Shown here: in pieces, positions 1-10,168 of the stretch
Numbering within the stretch: position 1 is the stretch's first letter
Layout of the letters: every line of letters starts with the position of its first letter
Assembly (NCBI GenBank): GCA_964626665.1
Contig: CAZVGK010000016.1
Location: 1-64,000 of the forward strand
Direction of reading: 5' to 3'
DNA: 64,000 bases
Source: an uncultured Gemmatimonadota bacterium
Lineage (GTDB): Bacteria; SM23-81; DAOVCL01
Notes under the pieces: generated by a model
What the model saw: the letters and a program-made list of their open reading frames with translations, nothing else
Told to the model about the DNA's origin: nothing
Database searches by the model: none
Made by a program: the position numbers and the translations under genes

Positions 1-144
1 GATTTTTTCCAAAAAACGGCTTGACTCAACTTAGGAAATCTACAATAAAAAATCATTGACGATTCGAGATGTTAAGCGAATTTATGAATAATTCGGGTTA
101 AAGCACTCCTCCTCTCGTCTCTCGTCTCTCGTCTCTCATCTGAT

Positions 145-1134
145 CTACCACTTGATCACCACTGAGCCCCAGGTGAAGCCAGCCCCAAAGGAAACCAGGA
201 GGGAGATGTCTCCCTCCTTAATCAAGCCATTCCTATGGGCTTCGTCCAAAGCAAGGGGAATGGAGGCTGCGGATGTGTTACCATAGCGGTCTATGTTGAC
301 ATAGACCTTCTCCATAGGAAGATGGATCCTCTTAGCCGTGGCCTGAATTATCCTCAGATTGGCCTGATGGGTGATGAGGAGGTCTACATCCTGATTGCTC
401 AAACCAGCCTTCTCCAGCACAACTACCGCTGAATTGCCCATTGCCCTCACCGCCGATTTAAAGACCTCATTTCCCGCCATCTTTATGTAATGCAATTTCT
501 CGTCTATCGTTTGATGGGAGGCAGGTAAGCGGGATCCCCCAGCCGGCAGGTTAAGAAGAGATCCCAAGCTTCCATCTCCCCCTAAGTAGGTGGCCAATAT
601 CCCTTTCTTTCCCTTACCAGCCTGCAGGATGGCTGCCCCTGCCCCATCGCCAAAGAGGACACAGGTGTTCCGATCCCGCCAATCGGTTATCTTGGTCAAG
701 GTCTCCGCTCCAATGACCAGGATCGTGCTATACTCCCCTATATCGATCAAACTCCTGGCCAGGGAAAGGCCATAGAGAAAACCGGAACAGGCTGCCCCTA
801 TATCCAAGACGGCTGCCCTCTTCGCTCCAATCTTATCCTGCACCAGACAGGCGGTAGAGGGAAAATTCATATCCGGAGTAACTGTAGCCACCATAATCAT
901 ATCCAGATCCTCTGCACCAAGTTTGGCATCTTCCAGGGCACGATTTGTAGCCTGAGCAGCCAGATCGGAGGTAGCAGTATTCCCATCTGCTACCCTTCTC
1001 TCCCTTATCCCGGTTCTGGTTCTTATCCATTCATCGGATGTATCCACCATCTTCTCCAAATCGAAGTTGGTCACGATTCTTTCTGGAACCGCCGATCCTG
1101 TGCCCACAATCTCAGCCACTGTTTCTCTTCCCAA
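145..1134 (-). CDS. fabH: 3-oxoacyl-ACP synthase III
   Basis: DTSDEWIRTRTGIRERR, AACSGF (catalytic Cys), HQAN and GNTSAAS motifs; follows plsX. Confidence 0.97.
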   Translation of the reverse strand: MGRETVAEIVGTGSAVPERIVTNFDLEKMVDTSDEWIRTRTGIRERRVADGNTATSDLAAQATNRALEDAKLGAEDLDMIMVATVTPDMNFPSTACLVQDKIGAKRAAVLDIGAACSGFLYGLSLARSLIDIGEYSTILVIGAETLTKITDWRDRNTCVLFGDGAGAAILQAGKGKKGILATYLGGDGSLGSLLNLPAGGSRLPASHQTIDEKLHYIKMAGNEVFKSAVRAMGNSAVVVLEKAGLSNQDVDLLITHQANLRIIQATAKRIHLPMEKVYVNIDRYGNTSAASIPLALDEAHRNGLIKEGDISLLVSFGAGFTWGSVVIKW

Positions 1135-2143
1135 TATTGTTCTCCTTGAGTTTCTCCTTGATCATCTCATTAATACCTTCCCGCACCATCCTTCTGGCCA
1201 CGAGTATAGCATTGCCGATGGCCTTGGGGGACGACTTTCCATGACAGATTATGGAGACTCCATCTACCCCCAAAAGGGGCGCCCCCCCATATTCGGCATA
1301 GTCAAAATCCTTCCTGAAGTTCTCAAACACAGGTTTGAGCAAAAAAGCCCCTAACTTAGATCTGAAGTTGGATCTCAGGTGCTTGTTAAAGTGCGTGGTG
1401 AGTATCCGCTCAATGCTTTCCGTGAATTTAAGGATGACATTGCCTACAAACCCATCACAGACAAGGACATCTACACTCCCCGTGAGCACATCTTTCCCCT
1501 CTAAGTTGCCCACAAAGTTGAGGGAACTCCTCTCCAACAGCCGATAGGCCTCCAAGGTAAGCTCATTCCCCTTAGAGCTCTCCTCCCCAATGCTCAAGAG
1601 GCCTACCCTGGGGTTTTTCCGCCCCAAAATTGAGCGGGCATAGATGGAGCCCATAACCGCAAACTGGTAAAGATTTAGGGGTTTACAATCAGCATTTGCC
1701 CCCACATCTAAGACAATAATAGGCTCCTTTTCAGTGGGGAAAAAGGAAGCAATAGCTGGCCGATCCACCCCCTCCAACCTCTTCAGCGTCCAAACAGAGG
1801 AGGCCATAACCGCCCCAGTGTTGCCCGCACTAACCACAGCCTCCACTTCCCCCTTCTGCTGCAGGGAGAGAGCCACCCCAATGGAGGAGTTCCTCTTCTT
1901 CCTCAGGGCCAAGATGGGCGACTCGTTCATCTGGATGGACTCCGGAGCATGAACAAGGGAAATGGGCAGGGAATCCGTGGAGAAAGACTCCATCTCCCTT
2001 TTAACCACCCCCTCATCCCCTACCAAAACCAACTCCTCACCCTGATTAAGAAGGGAGGCCACCTCAACCACCCCTTCCACCACCACTCTGGGGGCTTCAT
2101 CGCCCCCCATTGCATCCACGGCAATTCTTAGGGAGCTCTTCAA
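1112..2143 (-). CDS. plsX: phosphate acyltransferase PlsX
   Basis: IAVDAMGGD, SAGNTGA, LDVGAN, DGFVGN, HGKS motifs; rpmF-plsX-fabH order. Confidence 0.97.
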   Translation of the reverse strand: MKSSLRIAVDAMGGDEAPRVVVEGVVEVASLLNQGEELVLVGDEGVVKREMESFSTDSLPISLVHAPESIQMNESPILALRKKRNSSIGVALSLQQKGEVEAVVSAGNTGAVMASSVWTLKRLEGVDRPAIASFFPTEKEPIIVLDVGANADCKPLNLYQFAVMGSIYARSILGRKNPRVGLLSIGEESSKGNELTLEAYRLLERSSLNFVGNLEGKDVLTGSVDVLVCDGFVGNVILKFTESIERILTTHFNKHLRSNFRSKLGAFLLKPVFENFRKDFDYAEYGGAPLLGVDGVSIICHGKSSPKAIGNAILVARRMVREGINEMIKEKLKENNIGKRNSG

Positions 2144-2147
2144 GAGA

Positions 2148-2330
2148 TCACTTCTCTTTTATGGTAATTACCTCTCTACCGTTATAGTATCCACAATTTG
2201 GGCAAACCCGATGGGGCAATTTGGGCTGATGACAGTGCGGGCATTCCACAAAATTGACCAAATTCAGCTTCCAGTGGCTTCTCCTGTTGCCCCTGCGGGA
2301 TTTCGATATTCTCCTCTTAGGTAAAGCCAA
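2148..2330 (-). CDS. rpmF: 50S ribosomal protein L32 (zinc-ribbon type)
   Basis: MALPKRRISKSRR...CPHC...HRVCPNCGYYNG; GGAGG Shine-Dalgarno upstream. Confidence 0.97.
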   Translation of the reverse strand: MALPKRRISKSRRGNRRSHWKLNLVNFVECPHCHQPKLPHRVCPNCGYYNGREVITIKEK

Positions 2331-2446
2331 TTTTATACCTCCTGTTTATAGATTGAAAGTTTCACCAATTATGACATCTTAAATTGTGCCACCTGAACAA
2401 TTACATATTTACGGTGGGGTGGTCTCTCATCTCTATCTCTGTCTCT

Positions 2447-5316
2447 CTATCTGATCAGCATCATCTTCTTGGTCCTCTGTACCTTTAATCTCTCACCTTT
2501 TACCTTTAACCTACAGAAATAAACCCCGCTGGAGACCTCCTTACCCGAATCATTCCTCCCATCCCACAGGACTCGATAATTACCTCCAGCCAGCTCCTCA
2601 TCCACCAAGGTTTTAACCTCCTGCCCCAAGATGTTGTAAATCTTTAGGCTAACCGCTGACTGCTGATAGCTGACCCCTGACAACTGATAGCTGATAGCTG
2701 TAGTTGAGTTAAACGGATTGGGGTAATTCTGGAGCAAGGCAAAATCCTTGGTCAGACCAACATCACCCCCCAGTTCTTCCACTTTTTCCCAATCCCAAGT
2801 GACAAGCTTAGCATAGATGTCCCAGCCCTTGGATCGACGCAGATCCATCCAGGCAAAGCTGATCTGGCCACTGTTTGCTGCAACTGATGGATTCCCTTGG
2901 TTTGGATTGAGAACATCCGGCCTTTGATTGACTATATAGTTTGTCCCCCAGGGGGTGCCATCAGGATGGTATCTCTGGGCATAGATGTCATCGTTATCCC
3001 ATCCGTTGCGCTCATCTTGCCAACAGATGACAAAACCGCCAGCCCCATCCATCGCTACTGAGGGAGGGACATATTGATAACTTATTCCCTGATCATCGTT
3101 CACCTGGAAGTTTGACCCCAATGTATCTCCCGAACTGTCATACCGCTGGCAATAGATGTCTTCGTAATCGTTGCGTCCATCTTGCCAACAGATGACAAAA
3201 TCACCATCCCTATTCATTGCTACCGAGGGGTCACCTTGCCAACTTGCTCCCTCATCGTCGTTCACCCGGAAGTTTCCCCCCGGGGGATCTCCTGAACTGC
3301 TGAACCGCTGGGCATAGATGTCCGAGTCACCGTTGCGTTCATCTGTCCAACAGATGACAAAATCGCCATCCTCATCCATCGCTACCGAAGGAGACCACCA
3401 TTGATTACTTGTTCCCTGATCATCGTTCACCCGGAAGTTTCCCCCCAGTGTATCTCCCGAACTGTCATACCGCTGAGCATAGATGTCCGGCTCACCGCTG
3501 CGTTCATCTCTCCAACAGATGAGAAAACCGCCATCCCCATCCATCGCCACTAAGGGATCCCCTTGCTCACTTGTTCCCTGATCATCGTTCACTTGGAAGT
3601 TTGATCTCAGAGTATCTCCCGAACTGTCATACCGTTGGGCATAGATATCCCAGTCCCAACCGTTGCGTTCATCTTGCCAACAGATGACAAAATCGCCCTC
3701 CCTATTCATTGCTACCGAGGGGTGCCATTGAGAGCTTGTTCCCTGATCATCGTTCACTTGGAAGTTTGACCCTAATGTATAACCCGAAATATTATACCGC
3801 TGGGCATAGATATCCCAGTCATCATTGCGTTCATCTTGCCAACAGATGTGAAAACCGCTATCCCCGTCCAACGCTACCGAGGGATACCTTTGATCGCTTG
3901 TTCCCTGATCGTCATTTACCCGGAAGTTTCCCCCCAGGGGATAATCCGAACTGTCATACCGCTGGCAATAGATGTCATCGTTACCGTTGCGTTCATCTCT
4001 CCAACAGATGAGAACACCGCTATCCCCATTTATCTCTACCGAGGGATATCTTTGATCGCTTGTTCCCTGATCATCGTTCACCAAGAAGTTTGACCCTAAT
4101 GTATCACCCGAACTGCTATACCGCTGGGCATAGATGTCCCAGTCATCATTGCGTTCATCTTGCCAACAGATGAGGAAACCGCCATTTCCATCCATCGCTA
4201 CCGAGGGATCCCCTTGCTCACTTGTTCCCTGATCATCGTTCACCCGGAAGTTTCCTCCCAGTGTATCACCCGAATTGTTATACCGCTGGGCATAGATGTC
4301 CCTATTATCCCAACCGTTGCGTCCATCTTGCCAACAGATGAGAACACCGCTATCCCCATTCATTGCTACCGAGGGATACCCTTGATCGCTTGTTCCCTGA
4401 TCGTCGTTCACTTGGAAGTTTGACCCTAATGTATCACCCGAACTGCTATACCGCTGGGCATAGATATCCCAATCATCATTGCGTTCATCTTGCCAACAGA
4501 TGAGGAAACCGCCATACTTATCCATCGCTACTGAGGGGGCCCCTTGGTAACTTATCCCCTGATCATCGTTCACCCAGAAGTTTGACCCTAATGTATCACC
4601 CGAACTGCTATATCGCTGGGCATAGATATCCCCGTTCCAGTACCCATTGCGACCATCCTCCCAACAGATGAGGAATCCGCCATACTTATCCATCGCTACT
4701 GAGGGAGAGTATTGCTCACTTGTTCCTTCATCATCGTTCACCCGGAAGTTTCCCCCCAGGGAATCTCCTGAACTGCTGAACCGCTGGGCATAGATGTCCG
4801 AGTCACCGTTGCGTTCATCTGTCCAACAGATGAGGAAACCCCCATCCGCATCTATTACTACCGAGGGAGAGTATTGCCAACTTATTCCCTGATCATCGTT
4901 CACCAAGAAGTTTGACCCTAATGTATCACCCGAACTGCTATACCGCTGGGCATAAATGTCACCGTTATCCCGACCGTTGCGGAAATCTATCCAACAGAGG
5001 ACAAAATTGCCACCTGGGTCCATAGCAACAGCAGGATGATCCTGCAAACATCCACCCGTAGTGTCATCGTTAACGAGAAAATCGTCTTTGATAATGCCTG
5101 TAATTGAACTCACTTGCACCGGTCTTAGTACCCTCCCCTCTGGCAGGAAACCCGCATTTGATGACCTTCAGCTTCCCCAAACCTATTCTCCCATCCTCTA
5201 ATCTCAGGGCCAAAGTTAAAAGGATTCTGCTGGGCAGAGCAAAGTTCCACTGTTCCCAGAGAGAGCAGGAGCCCAAGCAAAAGCACAAAACTTAACCTGC
5301 GCATTTTCCCACCCAC
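2447..5316 (-). pseudogene. secreted ~14x54-aa repeat (probable double beta-propeller) protein with FlgD-Ig/T9SS-like C-terminal domain; signal-peptide part (5125..5316) is out of frame with the 890-aa body (2447..5119)
   Basis: 13 NFxVNDD...PSVA...CWxDxRN..DIYAQR repeats plus one degenerate copy; QNYPNPFN...GVYFCRL tail; upstream ORF MRRLSFVLLLGLLLSLG is a signal peptide in a different frame. Confidence 0.75.
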
Positions 5317-5339
5317 TCAGTGGTTAAAGGTTTACAACC

Positions 5340-5610
5340 CTCCGTCAAGACAGAGTCCTGACAGGATTATCTATCGGACAGACCTGAAGGTCTGTCCCTA
5401 CGAGCACAGTAGGGACTTTGACTTATCGAAGCGACTGTAGGGACAGGTCTTTAGACCTGTCCAAAGGGCCTGTGCCGTCAGGGCTCCTGCCCTGACGGAT
5501 TTTTTTAACCCCTGATTCTACCTGATCTCTTTCCCCTGATCGTTTGCCTCCATCTATTGTGGGAGAAGTCTCCCGACCTCGATTATTGGCATCAGGAGAT
5601 GCCTCCCACA
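5340..5610. repeat. cluster of REP-like palindromes (GTAGGGACAG..CTGTCCCTAC; GTCAGG..CCTGAC; GTGGGAG..CTCCCAC)
   Basis: hairpins with related copies at ~13640, 15651, 57518, 57618 and 58248. Confidence 0.75.
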
Positions 5611-5671
5611 TCAAAGGAATGTCTTCTCTATATTCTTGTCGTTATGGGAAAGGTTTCCTGACCTTGACGTC

Positions 5672-6196
5672 TTATTTGAGTTCAGATTCCTTCTGCTTTA
5701 AAGATTTTAGCTTCTCCCAATGGGAATCAGGGGCTTCCCTCCGGCAGTTACACTCCCCCTCATTGAGGTCCTGGCCACATACAGGACAGAGTCCTCGACA
5801 GTCGGGACGGCAGAGGGGCTTAAGGGGAAGGGCAAGCAGGATAAGCTGCCGCACCCTCTCCCCTATCTCCAAGGTCTCAGCCTGGGGGGAGAGAAGGAGG
5901 AAGCCCTCCTCCAAATTGTCAGCGATGCCCCCCTGAGGGCTCAACTTGATAATGAGCTTAAAAGGCACCCTTAGAGAAAGGGCAAACTCCTTCAGACACC
6001 TGCTGCACTGCGCATCTACCTGAGTGGTTACCTCTCCTTGCAGAAGAAATCTGTCCCCCTTACGCCTGACCTCTAATTCGCACTGGATTGGTGAGCGAAA
6101 ACGGCCGTCCTTCCAACTGAGACCTAAGGTTTTAAGGTCCTCCCTAAGCGAGACATTCTTTGCTCCCTCCTCTATTTCCCCCAATTTCAATTTCAT
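5672..6196 (-). CDS. yceD: DUF177/YceD family protein
   Basis: CSRCL and LALPLKPLCRPDCRGLCPVCGQDLN motifs; upstream of rpmF. Confidence 0.93.
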   Translation of the reverse strand: MKLKLGEIEEGAKNVSLREDLKTLGLSWKDGRFRSPIQCELEVRRKGDRFLLQGEVTTQVDAQCSRCLKEFALSLRVPFKLIIKLSPQGGIADNLEEGFLLLSPQAETLEIGERVRQLILLALPLKPLCRPDCRGLCPVCGQDLNEGECNCRREAPDSHWEKLKSLKQKESELK

Positions 6197-6202
6197 AGCC
6201 CA

Positions 6203-6231
6203 AAATTAAAGTCTTCTGAAGCACTTGTCAA
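6203..6231 (-). promoter_or_regulatory. sigma70-like promoter 6 nt upstream of the yceD ATG (likely leaderless mRNA)
   Basis: TTGACA-17 nt-TAATTT-6 nt-ATG on the minus strand; no Shine-Dalgarno. Confidence 0.55.
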
Positions 6232-6264
6232 GAAGATAAGAACAGAGGCATCCCTCAGCAAGCA

Positions 6265-6550
6265 TCGAGGAGATTGCATCGGCTTGCCACTTCGCTACCG
6301 CTCAAGGCAAGCCTCGCAATGACAGGCAAAAAGATGGTCATTGTGAGGAGCGGAGTGACCTGTCTGCGTGTCTGCCTGAAGGAGAACACTCGCAGTCAGG
6401 CAACGCACAGGTAGGCGAAGCAATCTCGTTCTACCCGGCTTTAGCCGGGGTAACCTCTTTAGGGCTTTAGTCCTTTGGAGTGCTGTGACCGCGTCACAGC
6501 ATACGTCAACACGGTTGACGCACTCCATATTAACCCGCACTAAAGTAAGG
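6265..6550. repeat. composite palindromic repeat cluster (GAGATTGC..CTCGCAATGAC; TACCCGGCTTTAGCCGGG; GGAGTGCTGTGAC..GTCACAGC..ACTCC; ACCCGCACTAAAGT)
   Basis: near-identical modules recur at 57677-58470. Confidence 0.8.
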
Positions 6551-6641
6551 TTTTGGCCCAAAGGTTCCTGCAGTATTTTCGTCATTCGTCATTAGGAATT
6601 CGTCATTGGCCTGCGCCCCGCACTGAAGCAAGGGGTACAGG

Positions 6642-7979
6642 TTAAGAATATTCTTTGATAATCCCCTGGGCCATTAGGGTCTTAGTCTCCTCTCTGGCCC
6701 TCCTGATAATCTGGGAGGATTTCTCATAGAGCTCTTCCCGGGAGATGGAGAGTCTGGCCACCCCCTGTTCTACAGCTTTCATCCCCACAGCAACTGCCTC
6801 GCGGGGAAAGACCTCCCATTCATCCATATTGGGGACGATATATTCTTCAGTTAGCCCCTTATCCTGGGCACAGCGGGCCAGTTCATTGGCCGCAGCGATA
6901 CACATCTCATCAGTGATGGTCTTGGCCATCACATCAAGGGCCCCCCGAAATATCCCTGGAAACCCCAGGGAGTTGTTCACCTGATTGGGGAAATCGGACC
7001 TACCAGTGGCCACGACCTTAGCCCCGGCCTCCTTGGCCTCCCATGGCCAGATCTCCGGGATGGGATTGGCACAGGTAAAGACAATGGCATCCTTGGCCAT
7101 ATCGGCTACCCACTCTTCCTTGATCACCCCAGGGCCGGATTGGGAAAGGGCGATGCAGACATCAGCCCCTTGCAGGGCCTCAGGAATACCGCCAACTTTC
7201 CCCTCCCGGTTGGTCCTCTGGCAAATCTCCCACTTCGTCTCATTCCCCTTGAGATCCCTCCTCTCCCTATGGAGGATCCCCTTGCTGTCCACCATAATAA
7301 GTTTCCCCTCATCTACCCCAGCAGCCATCAGCACCCGGGCAATGGCTATATTAGCCGCCCCCGCCCCGACCATTGTCACCTTGGCTTCACCCATCCCTTT
7401 GCCCACCACCTTCAGGGCATTGATCAGACCAGCCAAGGTGATGGCCGCTGTGCCCTGCTGATCATCGTGCCAGACCGGGATATCCATCTCCTCACGGAGG
7501 ACATCCAAAATATAGAAGCACTTGGGCTTGGAGATGTCTTCCAAATTTATCCCCCCAAACGAGGGTTTAAGCCATTTCACCGCCTGGATGATCTCATCCG
7601 GGTCCTTGGTATCCAACATTATGGGAAAGGCGTCTACCCCGCCCAGGTACTTAAAAAGGATGGCCTTGCCCTCCATCACCGGCAGGCCAGCCTCCGGCCC
7701 AATATCGCCTAAACCTAAAATCCTGGTCCCATCGGAGACTATGGCCACTTGGTTGGCCTTGTTCGTGTGCTGGAATACGGCCTCTGGGTTCCTCACAATG
7801 TCCTGGCAGGGCTCGGCTACCCCCGGCGTATACCAGATGGCGAAATCATTGAAATCCCTGATGCGACATTTGGGCACCACCTCCAACTTCCCTTGGTAAA
7901 AGGGGTGCATCTTCATCGCATCTTCTCCCGGCTTTTTCGCCCTTTCCAACAACTCCTCTTCAGTCAATTTCTTCTCCAT
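6642..7979 (-). CDS. NAD(P)-dependent malic enzyme
   Basis: YTPGVA, SDGTRILGLGDIG, PVMEGKAILFK, INLEDI, HDDQQGTA, ANPIPEI, ATGRSDFPNQVNN. Confidence 0.95.
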   Translation of the reverse strand: MEKKLTEEELLERAKKPGEDAMKMHPFYQGKLEVVPKCRIRDFNDFAIWYTPGVAEPCQDIVRNPEAVFQHTNKANQVAIVSDGTRILGLGDIGPEAGLPVMEGKAILFKYLGGVDAFPIMLDTKDPDEIIQAVKWLKPSFGGINLEDISKPKCFYILDVLREEMDIPVWHDDQQGTAAITLAGLINALKVVGKGMGEAKVTMVGAGAANIAIARVLMAAGVDEGKLIMVDSKGILHRERRDLKGNETKWEICQRTNREGKVGGIPEALQGADVCIALSQSGPGVIKEEWVADMAKDAIVFTCANPIPEIWPWEAKEAGAKVVATGRSDFPNQVNNSLGFPGIFRGALDVMAKTITDEMCIAAANELARCAQDKGLTEEYIVPNMDEWEVFPREAVAVGMKAVEQGVARLSISREELYEKSSQIIRRAREETKTLMAQGIIKEYS

Positions 7980-7984
7980 CAGTT

Positions 7985-8398
7985 CTACCTCCCAAATTCC
8001 GGGAAGAAGATGGCTATCTCCTTCTCAGCTCTAAGTGGGGAGTCAGAGGCATGCACTAAGTTTTTCTGCTTGGTGCCACCAAGATCCCCCCTGATTGTCC
8101 CCTTCTTGGCCAGGGAGGGATCGGTCTCCCCCACCAAATCCCTTGAATCGCTTATTCCATTATCCTTCTCCAAAAGGAGAACAACTAGCGGGCCTGAGGT
8201 CATAAAATCCACCAGATCCGCGAAGAATGGTTCCCCCTGGTGAACATCATAGAGCAGTTCGGCTTCCTCTCTCTGCAATTTCAACATCTTTAAGTTCACT
8301 ATCTCAAACCCAGCCCTTTCTATCCGCCCTAAAACCTCCCCCACCAATCTCCTCCTCACCCCATCCGGCTTGATGATGCAGAGGGTTCTCTCCATCAA
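7985..8398 (-). CDS. ndk: nucleoside diphosphate kinase
   Basis: ERTLCIIKPDG, FMTSGP, GTIRGD, NLVHASDS. Confidence 0.96.
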   Translation of the reverse strand: MMERTLCIIKPDGVRRRLVGEVLGRIERAGFEIVNLKMLKLQREEAELLYDVHQGEPFFADLVDFMTSGPLVVLLLEKDNGISDSRDLVGETDPSLAKKGTIRGDLGGTKQKNLVHASDSPLRAEKEIAIFFPEFGR

Positions 8399-10047
8399 GC
8401 CGCCCGGGACCTCACCATGCGCTTAACCACCCTGATCCCCTCAGCTACCATATAACCTGCCAAGCCAATAAGAACTATGGAGACAAAGAGAAGGAGCCAA
8501 TTGTGTTGGACCCAAAACCCCCTGGCCTCCAAAACCAGGGCGGCCAAGGTGGTCACCAACATAAAGAGTCCTGGGTAGAAGCTATATCTGATCCTCTTCC
8601 CCAAACCCAAAAGGTAGAGGGTGATGACCAAGAAGACGAGAGCAGCTACCAATTGATTGGCTGCCCCAAAAACAGGCCAGATGACCTTCCAGTTGCCCAG
8701 GGCCAGATAAAGGGCAAACGCAGTGATAAACAGGGTGGAGAAGAACCTGTTGCGCATCGGCTTTATCCTCAGTGCCTGGCCAAAAAGCTCCTCCCCAATG
8801 TAGCGGCCAATCCTGGTGGCCGAATCGAGGGTGGTGAGCACAAATGTCTTCAAAGTGGTGATGGCTATCAGGCTCCCTAAACCACCAAATATCGGCCAGG
8901 TTAGCCGCCCATAGCCCTCCCCAAAGGCCACTATCCATCCTTTGTTCTTCACCAGAAAGGGATAACTAAGGTTTCCCGTTCCCTTCCAGAAAAGCCCGGC
9001 GGCCACAGAGAGCAGGGCCAGAACGGCGAGCACCCCCTCAGTGAGCATAGCCCCATAGCCGATCTTGCGGGCATCTTTCTCATTGGCCAGTTGCTTGGAT
9101 GTCGTGCCGCTGGCCACCATCGCATGGAAGCCGGAGATGGCCCCACAGGCGATGATCACACACATCATCGGCCAGAGGGCCCCACTCTTCCCGGCGAAAC
9201 CCAAGAAGGCCGGGGCGTGAAGCTGTGGATGGGTAAGGAAAACACCTATGTAACCGAAGAACAAGCCAAAGAAAAGGACCAAGGCCGCCAAATAGTCCCG
9301 GGGCTGAAGCAAAATATTCACCGGCAACACTGAAGCGATATAGGAGTAGAGCAAAAGGATTATCGTCCAGATGAGTTGGGAGTTTGGCCCCAGGCCGATG
9401 GGCAAATGATAGCCGGCAACGATTAGCCCAAAGAGAAGGCCCCCTCCGGTAAGAGTAGCTAAAACTTGATTTACCCGCCAACGATAAAGCATCAAACCAA
9501 CGAAGATGGCCACCAGGATGAGGCCAAATGTGGGGATGACCACCTGTGGCTTGGTGGCCAAGGTCTTCCCACCCACCGCGGCAAAAACGGCCACGACCAG
9601 CACCAAGGAGAGCCAGAGGAAGGAGGCGAAGATGAGCTTGGTGCGTTGGCTGACCCTCTCCGCGGCCACATCGGCAATTGACCTCCCCCGGTGCCGCAGA
9701 GAGGCCATCAGGGTGGAGAAATCATGCATCCCCCCAATGAAGATGGAACCCAGGATGATCCAGACCAGAGCCGGAAGCCAGCCCCAGACCGCACAGGCAA
9801 TCACCGGGCCGATTATAGGCCCTGCCCCAGCGATAGAGGAGAAATGATGACCAAAGAGGATCGTCCAGTGCTTGGCTGGGATGTAATCGACGCCATCGGT
9901 GTATTCCAACGCGGGAGTCCTCCTCTGGGGATCAACCCCCAAAAACCTGGCCAAGAAGGAACCATAAAAACTGTAGCCCAACCAGAGGAGGATTAAGGCA
10001 ATACCAGCTATCCAGATGGAGTTCATCTCAGGTTGTCCAATAAACAC
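8395..10047 (-). CDS. cstA: carbon starvation protein A family transporter
   Basis: DGVDYIP, LFGHHFSSIAGAGPIIGP, IACGAISGFH, TTLDSATR, WPVFGAANQL; many TM segments. Confidence 0.93.
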   Translation of the reverse strand: MFIGQPEMNSIWIAGIALILLWLGYSFYGSFLARFLGVDPQRRTPALEYTDGVDYIPAKHWTILFGHHFSSIAGAGPIIGPVIACAVWGWLPALVWIILGSIFIGGMHDFSTLMASLRHRGRSIADVAAERVSQRTKLIFASFLWLSLVLVVAVFAAVGGKTLATKPQVVIPTFGLILVAIFVGLMLYRWRVNQVLATLTGGGLLFGLIVAGYHLPIGLGPNSQLIWTIILLLYSYIASVLPVNILLQPRDYLAALVLFFGLFFGYIGVFLTHPQLHAPAFLGFAGKSGALWPMMCVIIACGAISGFHAMVASGTTSKQLANEKDARKIGYGAMLTEGVLAVLALLSVAAGLFWKGTGNLSYPFLVKNKGWIVAFGEGYGRLTWPIFGGLGSLIAITTLKTFVLTTLDSATRIGRYIGEELFGQALRIKPMRNRFFSTLFITAFALYLALGNWKVIWPVFGAANQLVAALVFLVITLYLLGLGKRIRYSFYPGLFMLVTTLAALVLEARGFWVQHNWLLLFVSIVLIGLAGYMVAEGIRVVKRMVRSRAA

Positions 10048-10168
10048 CGAGAATCACTGCAATAAGGGAAAGAAAAAAATTTTTTCCTAAAATTAGGGGC
10101 CATTTTTACGATCACTTGATGTTTCAGTGATTTCGGTGTCATTGCGCGTTGCCATAGGTTATTTGAGT

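Noticed and set aside
2800-5080. Diversity-generating retroelement template/variable repeat pair
   Set aside because: These are tandem protein repeats, differences are not adenine-specific, and no reverse transcriptase is present.
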